Origin: Nannocystis radixulma
Lineage (GTDB): Bacteria; Myxococcota_A; Polyangia; Nannocystales; Nannocystaceae
NCBI RefSeq assembly: GCF_028369095.1
Contig: NZ_JAQNDN010000024.1
Location: forward strand, 89,350-153,349
Length of the DNA: 64,000 nt
Reading direction: 5' to 3'
This document shows, piece after piece, positions 1-9,800 of this stretch. Numbering within the stretch: the first letter of the stretch is position 1; every line of letters starts with the position of its first letter. The notes under the pieces are model-generated. The model made no database searches, had not been told where the DNA came from, and worked only from the letters and a program-made list of their open reading frames with translations. Made by a program: the position numbers and the translations under genes.

Positions 1-147
1 CGCGGCCAATCATCGCGGTCGCGCCGGGCGATTCGTAGGATGGGACCCGTCGCGCCGGTCCCGGTCGCGCTGCTCGACAACGTCCGGTGGGATTGCGAGG
101 TTCCCATCCCGAACGAGGTCAACGACTGCGGCGTGCAGCCGATGTGA
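1..147 (+). CDS. 3' end of a paralog of the downstream Cys-rich-repeat lipoprotein (partial, start outside window)
   Basis: Frame 1 reads to TGA at 145-147 and encodes ...DCEVPIPNEVNDCGVQPM*. This parallels the C-terminus ...DCEGCIPSEVDDCGVQPM* of the 347..2089 protein, so the two are tandem paralogs. Confidence 0.5.
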   Translation, partial: RGQSSRSRRAIRRMGPVAPVPVALLDNVRWDCEVPIPNEVNDCGVQPM

Positions 148-346
148 GTCTTGTGGCATGAGGCGCGGGTCGCTCCGGCGAGGTGGCCCGCATCGATGTT
201 TTCGCGGGTGAAATTTGTTGGCACGACGACGCGCGTCGCGGACTTGTACGCTTGATCGATCGCTCGCGATCCGAAACGCTACGGTCGACTCCGTTGGTTC
301 GCGCACGCGTGCGTGGGCGGGCCGCGATCCTTAGACCCGAGGACCC

Positions 347-2089
347 ATGACCATGAAGACTCCCATCGTACGACTGCTCTCCACCGGCCTCTGTGCCACC
401 GCGCTGGTCGCCTGCGGCGACAGCGTGGACAACGTCACCGGCGTGAACCAGACCGAAGGAGACGCCTCGACGAACATCACCACCAACAACCCGACGCCCG
501 GCAGCAACTCGGACAGCGCGACCGGACCGACGACGACGACGACGCCGACGACGGGCGTGAGCATGGGGGAGACCCAGGGCACGACCGACGGCACGACGAC
601 GACGGCGGCGGACACGGAAGGCGATACCGCCGTGACGCCGGAGTGCGGCAACGGCATGCAAGAGGGCACCGAGGAGTGCGACGACGGCAACGACGTGCCC
701 GGCGACGGCTGCGAGCCGACCTGCAACGTCACGGCGGTGTGCGGCAACATGAACGTCGAGCAGGGCGAGGCGTGCGACGACGGGAACACCGAGGACGGCG
801 ACGAGTGCAGCGCCGACTGCCTCACGGCGACGCCGACGCAGGACTGCGGCAACGGCATGACCGAGAACCCCGAGGCGTGCGACGACGGCAACGACGTGCC
901 GGGGGACGGTTGCGAGCCCGACTGCACGCTGACGCCGGCGATGTGCGGCAACGGCATCAAGGAGCGCGGCGAGGAGTGCGACGACGGTAACCCGGTCGAC
1001 GGGGGCCCCGGCGACTTCTGCCTCAACAACTGCACCACGTTCTTCCCGGCGAACTGCCAGGCCCCGGCCAACTACGTCGTGTGCGACGACGCGCCCGACG
1101 TGATCAGCAACAAGGGCGACAAGAACAACATGCTCAAGGCGATCGGTATCTGCAACGATACGCTCGCCAACTCGGTCGTCACGACCAACTTCCAGCACTC
1201 GAACCCGGTCGACGTCAGCTGGCAGGTGACGAAGGGCTACGGCAACTACACGTACGACCACGACAACGACGCGAACACGCCGCCGCAGCGCCTCTACAGC
1301 CCGCGCGAGGGCAGCACGTTCCTGATCATCTCGAACGGCGAGATCGCGCCGCCGAACGGCGAGGGCGTCGTCATCGAGGCGCCCAACAACCAGGGCACCA
1401 CCGACAACGGTAACCCCGACGACATGCCGCTGCCCCCGCCGTTCAAGGCCGTCAACGGCAGCAACAACGGCGCCGGCGGCACGCCGTTCATGAACTGCGA
1501 CAACGGGGTCGGCGACAACGACTGCTCCGACACCATCCAGGCGCAGTGGGAGATGACCGACGCCGACGGCAACGACCGCATCTACTTCAGCTTCAAGACC
1601 GTCGTGCCGCCCGGGACCTTCGGCTACACCTTCGAGTTCGCGTTCTGCTCGGCCGAGTGGCCGACGTGGGTCGACTCGTCGTTCAACGACCTGCTGATCG
1701 CCTACCAGGTCGACCCGACGCCCGACAACCCGAACGCGAACCCGCCGGTCGACCCGTACAGCGGCAACGTCACCTTCATCCCCGACCCGAACGACCCGAC
1801 CAAGGGCCTGCCGATCACCATCACGGCGCTCGATCCGTACTTCATCGCGCAGGGCTACACCTACAACGAGCCGCAGCTGTCCGGCACCGGCTTCGAGAGC
1901 CACGCGTGCTCCGACTGGTTCACCGCCAAGGGCGGCGTGCAGCCGGGCGCCGAGATCACCGTCGGCTTCTTCCTCGCCGACATGTCCGACCAGTACCTGT
2001 CGACCGCGGCGCTGATCGACAACTTCCGCTGGGACTGCGAGGGCTGCATCCCCAGCGAGGTCGACGACTGCGGCGTCCAGCCGATGTGA
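347..2089 (+). CDS. Secreted lipoprotein with 4 Myxococcus cysteine-rich repeats (CGNG..EeCDDGN..PGDGCxxxC) plus a ~390-aa C-terminal domain of unknown function
   Basis: 580-aa ORF. Signal peptide with lipobox (LVAC|GDS) and a Thr/Gly-rich linker. Four copies of the TIGR02232-type Myxo Cys-rich repeat: CGNGMQEGTEECDDGNDVPGDGCEPTC and three more. Confidence 0.8.
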   Translation: MTMKTPIVRLLSTGLCATALVACGDSVDNVTGVNQTEGDASTNITTNNPTPGSNSDSATGPTTTTTPTTGVSMGETQGTTDGTTTTAADTEGDTAVTPECGNGMQEGTEECDDGNDVPGDGCEPTCNVTAVCGNMNVEQGEACDDGNTEDGDECSADCLTATPTQDCGNGMTENPEACDDGNDVPGDGCEPDCTLTPAMCGNGIKERGEECDDGNPVDGGPGDFCLNNCTTFFPANCQAPANYVVCDDAPDVISNKGDKNNMLKAIGICNDTLANSVVTTNFQHSNPVDVSWQVTKGYGNYTYDHDNDANTPPQRLYSPREGSTFLIISNGEIAPPNGEGVVIEAPNNQGTTDNGNPDDMPLPPPFKAVNGSNNGAGGTPFMNCDNGVGDNDCSDTIQAQWEMTDADGNDRIYFSFKTVVPPGTFGYTFEFAFCSAEWPTWVDSSFNDLLIAYQVDPTPDNPNANPPVDPYSGNVTFIPDPNDPTKGLPITITALDPYFIAQGYTYNEPQLSGTGFESHACSDWFTAKGGVQPGAEITVGFFLADMSDQYLSTAALIDNFRWDCEGCIPSEVDDCGVQPM

Positions 2090-2164
2090 GCACCACGGCG
2101 TGACGCGGTCTCCGGGCACCCGCCCGGGGCCCTCGTGGCCGCGAGCCAAAAATGACGTGTGGGC

Positions 2165-2187
2165 GCGATGCGGGTGCACCGCATCGC
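2165..2187. terminator. Perfect 9-bp-stem hairpin (GCGATGCGG-gtgca-CCGCATCGC) in convergent intergenic region
   Basis: Read directly. Lies about 75 bp after the stop of 347..2089 and about 180 bp after the stop of the minus-strand giant repeat gene. Followed by a lower-GC stretch. Confidence 0.35.
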
Positions 2188-2364
2188 GCCCACGCGTCGT
2201 CTGTGCATTGTCATCCTCCTTGCATTCGCAAGGAATCACGGCTCGCCCCGGGCACGTCGCGGCCAGCCATGTCGACGGGTCGCGGGACGAACGGACGCAC
2301 CACAGGCGCACCCGTCGTCTTCACCGGCCCGTCGACATCCGCGCGAGACCGTGGCCGGCGCCGA

Positions 2365-5300
2365 TCAGGGCTTGGGCTGCGCGGGCTCGACCGGGGCCAG
2401 GGCCTTGGGCGCGGCGGGAGTCTGGGCCTTGAGGCGCTTGCGTCGCGGCTCCCACACGGCCTTGGGCCGCAGGGGGATCCGGCCGCCGAACAGCGAGAAG
2501 TAGCGCTGCGCGCCGTCGTTGCCGCCGCCGATGAGGCCGAACAGGGCGCGCCAGTGGAGGCCCTTCTTGACGCCGATGCCGTCGCCCTTGGCGTCGCTGA
2601 TCGCCTGCTCGGTGCGCCACCACCAGCCGAGGCCGGGGCCGATGACCTGGGTCTCGCGGCCGCGGCCGCGCTGACGGGCCCAGATGGCCGGCACGACCTG
2701 CGTGACGCGGCCCTTGCGGCGGATGTCCCACCACAGGAAGGCGCCGAAGGTGCCCGAGTTCTCGCCGCGCTCGATGTGCCAGATCAACGGGAACTGGACC
2801 CAGTCGTTGTCCTGGCCGCGCCGGCGCTGGAACACCAGGGCCGGGAAGACGCTGGTGAAGCTGGTGTCCTTGGCCCAGTTGTTGTCGCGCAGGAACAGCG
2901 GCAAGAGCCAGGTCATGCGCCGCTCGGCGTAGCTGTGCGCGGTGTAGAAGAGCGGCGGCGCGACCACGGTGGTCACCTTGTGCGGTCGGCGGAAGTTCCA
3001 GACCATCAGCCCGGCCTGGAACCACCGGTAGTCCTCGCGGTGGGCGCCGACGAACAGCGGCGGCAGCACGACGGTAGTGCTGCGATCCTTGGTGCGGTAG
3101 GCCTTGCGGAAGAACAGCGGGAAGAAGACGGTGGTCTTGAACTGCCGCGTGGTCGTGTGGCCGAAGTTGAGCGCGTACCAGGTGAGGCGCTCGCCGGGCC
3201 GCACGTTGGCGCCGCCCAGCAAGGTGAGGAACCGGCGGCCGCCCGGGTCCTTGTCGAAGTAGTAGAGCATCAGCGCGCCGTGGCTGGTGCGGCCCTTGCC
3301 GTCCTTGCCGTAGAGGAAGAACGGCCACGAGCCCCACAGCGTGTAGCGGCAACGATCGTCGTCCTCCTCGCGGAAGCCGCACTTCTGGTAGCGGAACGCG
3401 AACGGGACCACGCCGGTGAAGCGGTAGTTCTTGTGCAGGCGGAAGAAGTCGAAGAAGATCGGCGGAGCCAGGCTGAAGCGCGTGAAGTTGAACTGACCCT
3501 TGACGCCGACGACGAACGGGAACGCGACCCACGAGCGGCGACCGTTGGCCCGCTGACGGTCGAACCAGAACGGCACGGCGATGGTGGTGTGCTCGTTCTT
3601 CCCCTTGTCGGCCTGGTGGAAGATGAGCGGCAGCGAGATCAGGCGCCGCTTCTCCGCCGAGTCCATCCACCAGTAGACCGGGACCACACCGGCGTTGAGC
3701 GAGGTGCGGGTGAGGCGGTGGAACGCCGGGCCGGCGATGAGCGTGTGCGTGCGCCGGACCTTGTCGCGGCTGTAGAAGAACGGCAGCAGCAGGCCGGCGT
3801 CGACGTCGATGCCCTCGGGCTGGCGCTGGCGGAAGTAGAACGGGACGACCGCGAGGTTCTTGCGCGGCTTCTCGCCGCGCGTGGCGGTCCGCCAGACCAG
3901 CGGCGACCACATGTCGAGGTCCTCGCTCGGCGCGCGGTGGCGGGCGAACAGCGGCGCGATGACGAGGTTGCTGGCGACGCCGCCCTCGACCTTGCGCCGA
4001 TCGTAGAACACCAGCGGGATCAGGCCGAAGCCGCGGCGGACCGGATCCTTGTAGCCGCGGAAGCCGTAGAGGAGCGCCGCGGCCGACCAGGTGCGCTGCT
4101 CCGGCGTGCGGTAGGCGCCGCCCAGCGGGGTGAGGGTGAGCGTCTTGCCGTCCTTCTGGCGCCGGTAGAAGAGGGGGAACAGCGCGGTGTGGCGCTCGTC
4201 GCCGGCGCGCTTCACGTCCCAGAACAGGTTGAGCACGCCGATCGTGCGGTGGTCGGGGCCCTTGCTGCGGGCGAACAGCGGCGACACCGTCAGCGCGCGC
4301 TGGGCCTCGACGTCGTGGACATGTCCGAAGAGCAAGGGCGGGACGATGCCGTAGCGGTACTTGTCGTCGCGGCCGGCGAACACCAGCGGGGCGAGGCCGC
4401 CGTGACCGCCGGACTTGACCTTCTTGGCGTAGATCGGGCCGAGCACCCACAGGTCGCTCGGCTTGGCCGGGTCGGTGTCGCGGCGGTGCCAGAACAGCGG
4501 GGTGATGGTCTGGTACGAGCGGGTGCCGTCGCGGCCGACGAACGCGAGCGGGGCGAGGCCGGCGTCCCAGCGCTCGCCGCGGCGGCGGTAGAAGCCGAGC
4601 ACGCCGGCCGACAGCGTGCGCGAGCCCTTGCCGTCGTAGGCGCTCGGATCGTGCGAGTGGCCGAACAGCGGCGTGACGACCTGGAAGCTCTTGCCGCCCG
4701 GCTCGTTGCGCACGAACGTCAGCAGCGGGGTGATGCCGAAGCCCCAGCGGCCGTCCTTGCCGGCGCGACCGCCTCCGAGCAGGGTGTAGACCCGCGTGTC
4801 CTGCGGGCTCTTGCGCGCGTACAGCAGCGGGACGAACACGCTGCTGGTGACGCCGGCCTTCACGTCGCCGAACTGCCAGAACAGCGGGAACAGCACCCGG
4901 TTGCGCTGCTCCGGGTCGCGGTAGCTGACCCATGGGAACGCCGACCAGGCGACGCTGCCGCGGTCGCGGTTCTCGGAGCGCCACACCAGCGGCGTGGCCG
5001 AGAACAGCTTGCGCGTCGGGGTCTGGTGCGAGAACGTGAGGAGCGGCGGGACGGCCCACGCGCGCAGGCTGCGGGCCTTGTCGCTGCGCTGCACGTACAG
5101 CAGCGTCCACAGGTCCTTGCGGTTGCCGTACTCGCTCGACTGCCAGTGCACGAGCGGCAGCACCGTGTGCCACTTGACCCCGCGGGCCTTGTTCTGCCCG
5201 CCGATGTAGAGCGGGACGCCGACGTTGACGGTGCTCGGGCCGCGGGTCACGCGGTAGAACAGCGGGAAGCCGACGAAGTAGCGCAGGTCGTTGAGCGGGT

Positions 5301-6414
5301 CCTTGTCGGTGGTGTTCTTGTGGCCGTACCAGAACAGCACCGCCGAGAAGCCGCGCATGCTGTCGGGCGTCTTCTGGTGGTAGTGGAAGGGGACGACGAT
5401 CAGGTTCTTGACCGACTTGTTGCCCCACCGCCACACGAACGGGAACTGGCCGAAGCTGAACTGCTCGCCGACCCGCTTGTAGCCCATCAGCAGCGCGACC
5501 GCGCCCCAGCCGCTGGTGCGCTCGCTGAACGAGCCGAAGAACAGGATCGCCGGCGACAACCACCGCCGCTTGGCCGTGCGCTGGCTGTACCAACCTGTCG
5601 TCAAGGACAGGTTGAAGTGGAACAGCTTCTCGGGGTGGGTCGCGGTGCCGCGGCGGTCGAAGAACAGCGGCGGCAGCGTCAGCGCGCGCGTGCGGTGCGT
5701 CGTGTAGGTGCGGTCGATCCAGAACGGCGGGACGCTCTTGCCCTTGAGGAAGCGCGGGACCTCGTCGGCCGGGTCGGGCTTCTCCGGCTCGGGCACCAGC
5801 ACCGTCACCGGCGGGGCGTTGTCGTTGGTCGGCTCCGGCGCCGGCGCGACTTCCTCGTCGCCGGCCTGGAGATCGTCGCCGCTCGGCGCCGGCGCGAGGT
5901 TCGGGGTCGGCCGCGTCAGCGGGCTGCCCGTGGGGCCAGGTCCCGAAGGCCCTGGCTGAGCGGGCATGTCCTCGGGGACAGGCTCGACCGGCGCGGCCGT
6001 CTCGCTCGCGGGCGGCTCGCTCGCGGGCGGCTCGCCGGCGGGCGGCTCGGCCTGGCCGCCGGGCAGGCGCCGCGGGGTGGTGCGCGGCGGGGCGAGCAGC
6101 AGCGGCGCGCCGAGGCCGGCGACCAGGTCGGCGGGGCGCAGCCCGGGCGCGGCGTGCAGGGCCGGCCAGGTCGGCGCGCCGGTCGAGGCGATCATGCCGA
6201 GCTGCGGGACGGGGCCCGCGGCGTGGCTGTCCCGAGGGACAAGTCCGATCAGACAGGCGCCGATCAGGCAGGCCGACACTGTGGCGACGCGCGTGTGGAT
6301 GACGGCGCCGACGACCGGGACGTCGCCGGGCGCGTCGAGCTGGGGACTCGCGTCGGCGCCTCCGAGGCGCACAGTGGGCTCAGAGGCGACCAAGGGCCGG
6401 GAGGCAATAGCCAA
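2365..6414 (-). CDS. Giant (~1350 aa) tandem-repeat protein with ~50 copies of a 20-24-aa unit around a P-L-F / P-L-(L/V)-x-W core; probable N-terminal signal-anchor and Pro-rich linker; no confident family
   Basis: Uninterrupted ORF with protein-like Y/F/W/K/R-rich repeats such as ...TPLFWHRRDTD, ...APLVFAGRDDKY, ...PLFYRRQKDG. N-terminus has a hydrophobic segment VATVSACLIGACLIGLV then P/E/A-rich spacer. The true start may be downstream of 6414, since the 5966-6414 region contains GGACA-family repeats. Confidence 0.7.
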   Translation of the reverse strand: MAIASRPLVASEPTVRLGGADASPQLDAPGDVPVVGAVIHTRVATVSACLIGACLIGLVPRDSHAAGPVPQLGMIASTGAPTWPALHAAPGLRPADLVAGLGAPLLLAPPRTTPRRLPGGQAEPPAGEPPASEPPASETAAPVEPVPEDMPAQPGPSGPGPTGSPLTRPTPNLAPAPSGDDLQAGDEEVAPAPEPTNDNAPPVTVLVPEPEKPDPADEVPRFLKGKSVPPFWIDRTYTTHRTRALTLPPLFFDRRGTATHPEKLFHFNLSLTTGWYSQRTAKRRWLSPAILFFGSFSERTSGWGAVALLMGYKRVGEQFSFGQFPFVWRWGNKSVKNLIVVPFHYHQKTPDSMRGFSAVLFWYGHKNTTDKDPLNDLRYFVGFPLFYRVTRGPSTVNVGVPLYIGGQNKARGVKWHTVLPLVHWQSSEYGNRKDLWTLLYVQRSDKARSLRAWAVPPLLTFSHQTPTRKLFSATPLVWRSENRDRGSVAWSAFPWVSYRDPEQRNRVLFPLFWQFGDVKAGVTSSVFVPLLYARKSPQDTRVYTLLGGGRAGKDGRWGFGITPLLTFVRNEPGGKSFQVVTPLFGHSHDPSAYDGKGSRTLSAGVLGFYRRRGERWDAGLAPLAFVGRDGTRSYQTITPLFWHRRDTDPAKPSDLWVLGPIYAKKVKSGGHGGLAPLVFAGRDDKYRYGIVPPLLFGHVHDVEAQRALTVSPLFARSKGPDHRTIGVLNLFWDVKRAGDERHTALFPLFYRRQKDGKTLTLTPLGGAYRTPEQRTWSAAALLYGFRGYKDPVRRGFGLIPLVFYDRRKVEGGVASNLVIAPLFARHRAPSEDLDMWSPLVWRTATRGEKPRKNLAVVPFYFRQRQPEGIDVDAGLLLPFFYSRDKVRRTHTLIAGPAFHRLTRTSLNAGVVPVYWWMDSAEKRRLISLPLIFHQADKGKNEHTTIAVPFWFDRQRANGRRSWVAFPFVVGVKGQFNFTRFSLAPPIFFDFFRLHKNYRFTGVVPFAFRYQKCGFREEDDDRCRYTLWGSWPFFLYGKDGKGRTSHGALMLYYFDKDPGGRRFLTLLGGANVRPGERLTWYALNFGHTTTRQFKTTVFFPLFFRKAYRTKDRSTTVVLPPLFVGAHREDYRWFQAGLMVWNFRRPHKVTTVVAPPLFYTAHSYAERRMTWLLPLFLRDNNWAKDTSFTSVFPALVFQRRRGQDNDWVQFPLIWHIERGENSGTFGAFLWWDIRRKGRVTQVVPAIWARQRGRGRETQVIGPGLGWWWRTEQAISDAKGDGIGVKKGLHWRALFGLIGGGNDGAQRYFSLFGGRIPLRPKAVWEPRRKRLKAQTPAAPKALAPVEPAQPKP

Positions 6415-6430
6415 TCCACGTTTGCCGTGT

Positions 6431-6484
6431 CAACAGAAGGATCCAGAAGGATCCGGGGCTGGCGGGGAATGGATCCGGGCTGGC
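6431..6484. repeat. Short tandem direct repeats (gaaggatcc x2; ggatccgg(g)gctggcgg x2) in yceD upstream region
   Basis: Read directly: agaaggatccagaaggatccggggctggcggggaatggatccgggctggcggcgg. Confidence 0.5.
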
Positions 6485-6490
6485 GGCGGT

Positions 6491-6519
6491 TTGACAGCCC
6501 TGGCGCCACGCGCTACATG
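6491..6519 (+). promoter_or_regulatory. Candidate sigma70-type promoter for yceD (TTGACA-17nt-TACATG) predicting a leaderless transcript
   Basis: Perfect -35 TTGACA at 6491-6496. 17-nt spacer. TAcAtg at 6514-6519 ends 7 nt before the ATG at 6527. Confidence 0.3.
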
Positions 6520-6526
6520 CGGCCGG

Positions 6527-7444
6527 ATGAAGGCCACGACCCGCGACGACGGCACGCAGCTCCCGCCGGAGCTTGACCTCGATCTCGTGGCCCTGGCCCG
6601 CTCGGGGCCGGGCCCGTACGACATCCAGGCGGAGCTTCCGGCGCCGTGGATGGCGACGGTGCTGGCGCACACCGACGCGGAGGTCACGAGTGCCGGATCC
6701 ACCAAGCTCGAGGTCACGCCGATCGGCGAGGGCAGCAGCTACCTGGTCCGCGGCTCGATCCAGGGCGGCTACAGCGTCCCCTGCGCCCGTTGCCTGGCGC
6801 CGGCCGCGGTCTCGGCCGGCGGCGAGATTTGTGTGCACTTCGTCCGCGATCGCGTCGGCGACGCCGACGACGAGGAGACCGAGACCGAGTCGCCCGACGA
6901 GCGCAGCTTCTCCGGCACGCGCATCGACCTGCGGCCGCTGATCACCGAGCAGGTGCTACTGTCGTATCCGATCCGGGCGCTGTGCGCGTACGGCGAGGTG
7001 TGCCGCGGCCTGTGCATGCGCTGCGGCGCCGAGCTGAACGGTCAGCCGCTGGGGCCGTGCGCGGCGTGCGGGGCGGTCGACGCCCAGGTGCCGATCGCCG
7101 CCGACGCCGACCTCGAGGAGCCGGCCAAGCCCACGAGCTCGTGGCAAGCGGCCCTGAGGCAGCTCGCCGACTCCGGCGTGGGCGATGACGACGACGGCAC
7201 CGGGGCCGACAACCTGGAGTTTGCCGGTCCTATTCCTGGCGTCGACGATTTCGATCCCGGGTTCGAGCCGGAGCCCGAGCCGATCCCCAAGTCGTCGGGC
7301 AAGCCGGCCGGGAGATCGGCGGCCAAACCGACGGCCAAGTCGGCCGCGGGCAAGCCGGCGGCCAAGTCGTCCGCCGGCAAGTCGCCCGCCGGCAAGTCGG
7401 CGAGCAAGTCGTCCAAGAAGCCTCCCAGCAAGAAGAAGCAGTGA
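6527..7444 (+). CDS. yceD: YceD/DUF177 family protein (large-subunit rRNA accumulation protein) with ~120-aa C-terminal acidic then Lys/Ala/Ser-rich tail
   Basis: Conserved position immediately upstream of rpmF-plsX-fab. DUF177 Cys pairs (CARCL...CMRCG...CAACG). C-terminus ...[35 protein letters not shown]. Confidence 0.8.
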   Translation: MKATTRDDGTQLPPELDLDLVALARSGPGPYDIQAELPAPWMATVLAHTDAEVTSAGSTKLEVTPIGEGSSYLVRGSIQGGYSVPCARCLAPAAVSAGGEICVHFVRDRVGDADDEETETESPDERSFSGTRIDLRPLITEQVLLSYPIRALCAYGEVCRGLCMRCGAELNGQPLGPCAACGAVDAQVPIAADADLEEPAKPTSSWQAALRQLADSGVGDDDDGTGADNLEFAGPIPGVDDFDPGFEPEPEPIPKSSGKPAGRSAAKPTAKSAAGKPAAKSSAGKSPAGKSASKSSKKPPSKKKQ

Positions 7445-7565
7445 TCTTCGCCTCGAGGGCTTGAGTTATCTCAGGTCCCCGGGGCGCCCTACCGCCCCCT
7501 GCGCCGATTGTGGCGCCGGGAAAAGCGCTAGACTCCCGCCCCCGCTTCCAAGGCGGTTTTGTGCC

Positions 7566-7751
7566 ATGGCTGTCCCCAAGAAGAAGAAGTCCCAGTCCCG
7601 CCGCGACATGCGGCGCGCCCACCACGACAAGCGCTCGGCGCCGACCCTCGTCGCCTGCCCGAACTGCCAGGAGCGCGTGCGTAGCCACCACGTGTGCCCG
7701 GCCTGCGGCCACTACAAGGGCCGTGAGGTGATCACGATCGCGCAAGAGTAA
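7566..7751 (+). CDS. rpmF: 50S ribosomal protein L32
   Basis: [55 protein letters not shown]. Typical L32 with CxxC..CxxC. Confidence 0.95.
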   Translation: MAVPKKKKSQSRRDMRRAHHDKRSAPTLVACPNCQERVRSHHVCPACGHYKGREVITIAQE

Positions 7752-7758
7752 GTAAGAG

Positions 7759-8820
7759 GTGGCGGCGACGAGGAAGATCGCGCTCGACGCCTTCGGCGGT
7801 GATCACTGTCCCTTCGTCGAGGTCGAGGCCGCAGTCCTCGCCGCGCGCGCCGGGCAAGAGGTGATCCTCGTCGGTGATCGGGCACGGCTCATGCCGCAGC
7901 TCGCGCTCCTCGGGGTCACTCGCTACGACGGCGAGGACGGCATCACCGTCCATCACGCGTCGGAGGTGATCACCATGGAGGACACGCCCTCCAAGGTGGT
8001 GCGCTCCAAGCCCGACGCGTCGATGCTGGTGTGCTTCGACCTGGTCCGGCGCGGCCAGGCCGCGGCCGTGGTCTCGTCCGGTAATTCCGGCGCGATGCTG
8101 GCGTGCGGGCTGTTCCGCTTCGGCCGGCTCAAGGGCATCGACCGTCCGGCGATCGTCTCGAGCTTTCCGCGGCCGAAGGGCGGCCCGTGCGTGCTCATCG
8201 ACATGGGCGCGAACGTCGACTGCAAGCCGATCAACCTCGTGCAGTTCGCGGTGATGGGGGCGATCTTCTCCCGCACCGTGCACGGGGTCACGCCGCGCGT
8301 CGGCGTGCTGTCGAACGGCAGCGAGGAGGGCAAGGGCACGGATCTCACGCGCGCGGCTCACCGCCTGCTGTCCGCCCACCCGAGCCCCGCGTTTTCGTTC
8401 CACGGCTACGTCGAGGGCAAGGACTTCTTTAAAGACACGGTCGACGTCATCGTCACCGACGGGTTCACGGGCAACGTCGCGCTCAAGGTGATGGAGGGGA
8501 CCGCCGGCGGCATCGTCGGGTTCCTGCGCGCCGCGGTGATGAAGACCGCGCGCACCCGCCTCGGCGGGCTGATCCTGCGCCCGGCCTTCCGCAGCCTCGG
8601 CGAGCAGCTCGACCCCGACACCTACGGTGGCGCGCCCCTGCTCGGCGTCGACGGGGTGGCGATCATCTGTCACGGCGGCGCCGGGCCGAAGGCGCTCGCC
8701 CGCGGGATCCGGATCGCCGCCGACTACGCGGCGCGCGACCTCACGCCGGCGCTGCGTGCCGCGATCGGCGATCACCGCGAGCTGTTCGCCGCCGCCAAGC
8801 GCGAGGATTCACCTGCATGA
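7759..8820 (+). CDS. plsX: Phosphate acyltransferase PlsX
   Basis: 353 aa. Begins MAATRKIALDAFGGDH... Contains ...VSSGNSGAM...ITDGFTGNVALK. Canonical position after rpmF. Confidence 0.95.
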   Translation: MAATRKIALDAFGGDHCPFVEVEAAVLAARAGQEVILVGDRARLMPQLALLGVTRYDGEDGITVHHASEVITMEDTPSKVVRSKPDASMLVCFDLVRRGQAAAVVSSGNSGAMLACGLFRFGRLKGIDRPAIVSSFPRPKGGPCVLIDMGANVDCKPINLVQFAVMGAIFSRTVHGVTPRVGVLSNGSEEGKGTDLTRAAHRLLSAHPSPAFSFHGYVEGKDFFKDTVDVIVTDGFTGNVALKVMEGTAGGIVGFLRAAVMKTARTRLGGLILRPAFRSLGEQLDPDTYGGAPLLGVDGVAIICHGGAGPKALARGIRIAADYAARDLTPALRAAIGDHRELFAAAKREDSPA

Positions 8821-9800
8821 ACGAACATGTCTCTTCAGACAGCTCCTCGGCTGGGGTCGCCCGGCCGCTCGCGTTCCTGTTCCCCGGCCAGGGCAGCCAG
8901 GAGCCCGGGATGGGCAAGGCGCTGGCCGAGGCGTTCCCGGCCGCGCGGCGCGTGTTCGCCGAGGCCGACGACGCGCTCGGCGAGTCGCTGTCGCGGCTGT
9001 GCTTCGAGGGTCCGGCCGAGGCGCTGGCACAGACCGCCAACACCCAGCCGGCGATCCTCACCTGCAGCATCGCGGTGTGGACGGTGGTCACGAGCGAGCT
9101 CGGGCTGCAGCCGGCCGCGCTGCTCGGTCACAGCCTCGGCGAGTTCTCGGCGCTGGTCGCCGCGGGCGCGCTGACGTTCGTCGACGCGGTCAAGCTGGTG
9201 CGCCTGCGCGGGCTCGCCATGCAAGAGGCCGTGCCCGCGGGCGTGGGCGCGATGGCGGCGGTGATCGGTGCCGATCCGCTCGCGCTCGAGCAGTGGTGCG
9301 AAGAAGCGAGCACCGGGGGCGAGGTCGTGAGCCCCGCGAACGAGAACGGCGGCGGACAGATCGTGATCGCCGGGCACGCGGCGGCGGTCGAGCGGGTGGT
9401 CGCGCGCGCCAAGGAGAACAAGGCGCGAGCGATGAAGCTCAACGTGTCGGCGCCGTTCCACTGCGCGCTGATGCAGCCCGCGGCCGAGCGGGTGGCCGAG
9501 GCGTTGGCGACGATGGACATCGCCGCGCCGCGTGCGCCCGTGATTGCGAACGTCGATGCCGAGCCGTATCCGACGAGCGGCGGGGCGCAGGACGTCCGCG
9601 ATCGACTCGTTCGTCAGATCACCGGCCGCGTCCGCTGGGAGGCGTCCGTGCGAACGGTAATACGCATGGATATCTCTCGCGGGCTCGAGCTCGGGCACGG
9701 CAAAGTGCTCTGCAACTTGATTAAACGCATCGACAAGGGCTTCTCGCTCGCCGCCGTCGGTTCCCCGGCGGACCTCGATGTGCTAAAGCTCGGCACCTAG
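8817..9800 (+). CDS. fabD: Malonyl CoA-ACP transacylase FabD
   Basis: Contains [14 protein letters not shown] and [20 protein letters not shown] overlap with the plsX stop. The first codons are encoded by a GGACA-family repeat copy. Confidence 0.95.
   Translation: MNEHVSSDSSSAGVARPLAFLFPGQGSQEPGMGKALAEAFPAARRVFAEADDALGESLSRLCFEGPAEALAQTANTQPAILTCSIAVWTVVTSELGLQPAALLGHSLGEFSALVAAGALTFVDAVKLVRLRGLAMQEAVPAGVGAMAAVIGADPLALEQWCEEASTGGEVVSPANENGGGQIVIAGHAAAVERVVARAKENKARAMKLNVSAPFHCALMQPAAERVAEALATMDIAAPRAPVIANVDAEPYPTSGGAQDVRDRLVRQITGRVRWEASVRTVIRMDISRGLELGHGKVLCNLIKRIDKGFSLAAVGSPADLDVLKLGT

Noticed and set aside
2152-6576. 1474-aa plus-strand ORF, and 2321..5593 minus-strand 1090-aa ORF, overlapping the giant repeat gene
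   Set aside because: Arg/Ala/Gly/Pro-dominated translations typical of out-of-frame or antisense reading of 70%-GC DNA. No motifs, no signal peptides. The minus frame 2365..6414 has protein-like composition.
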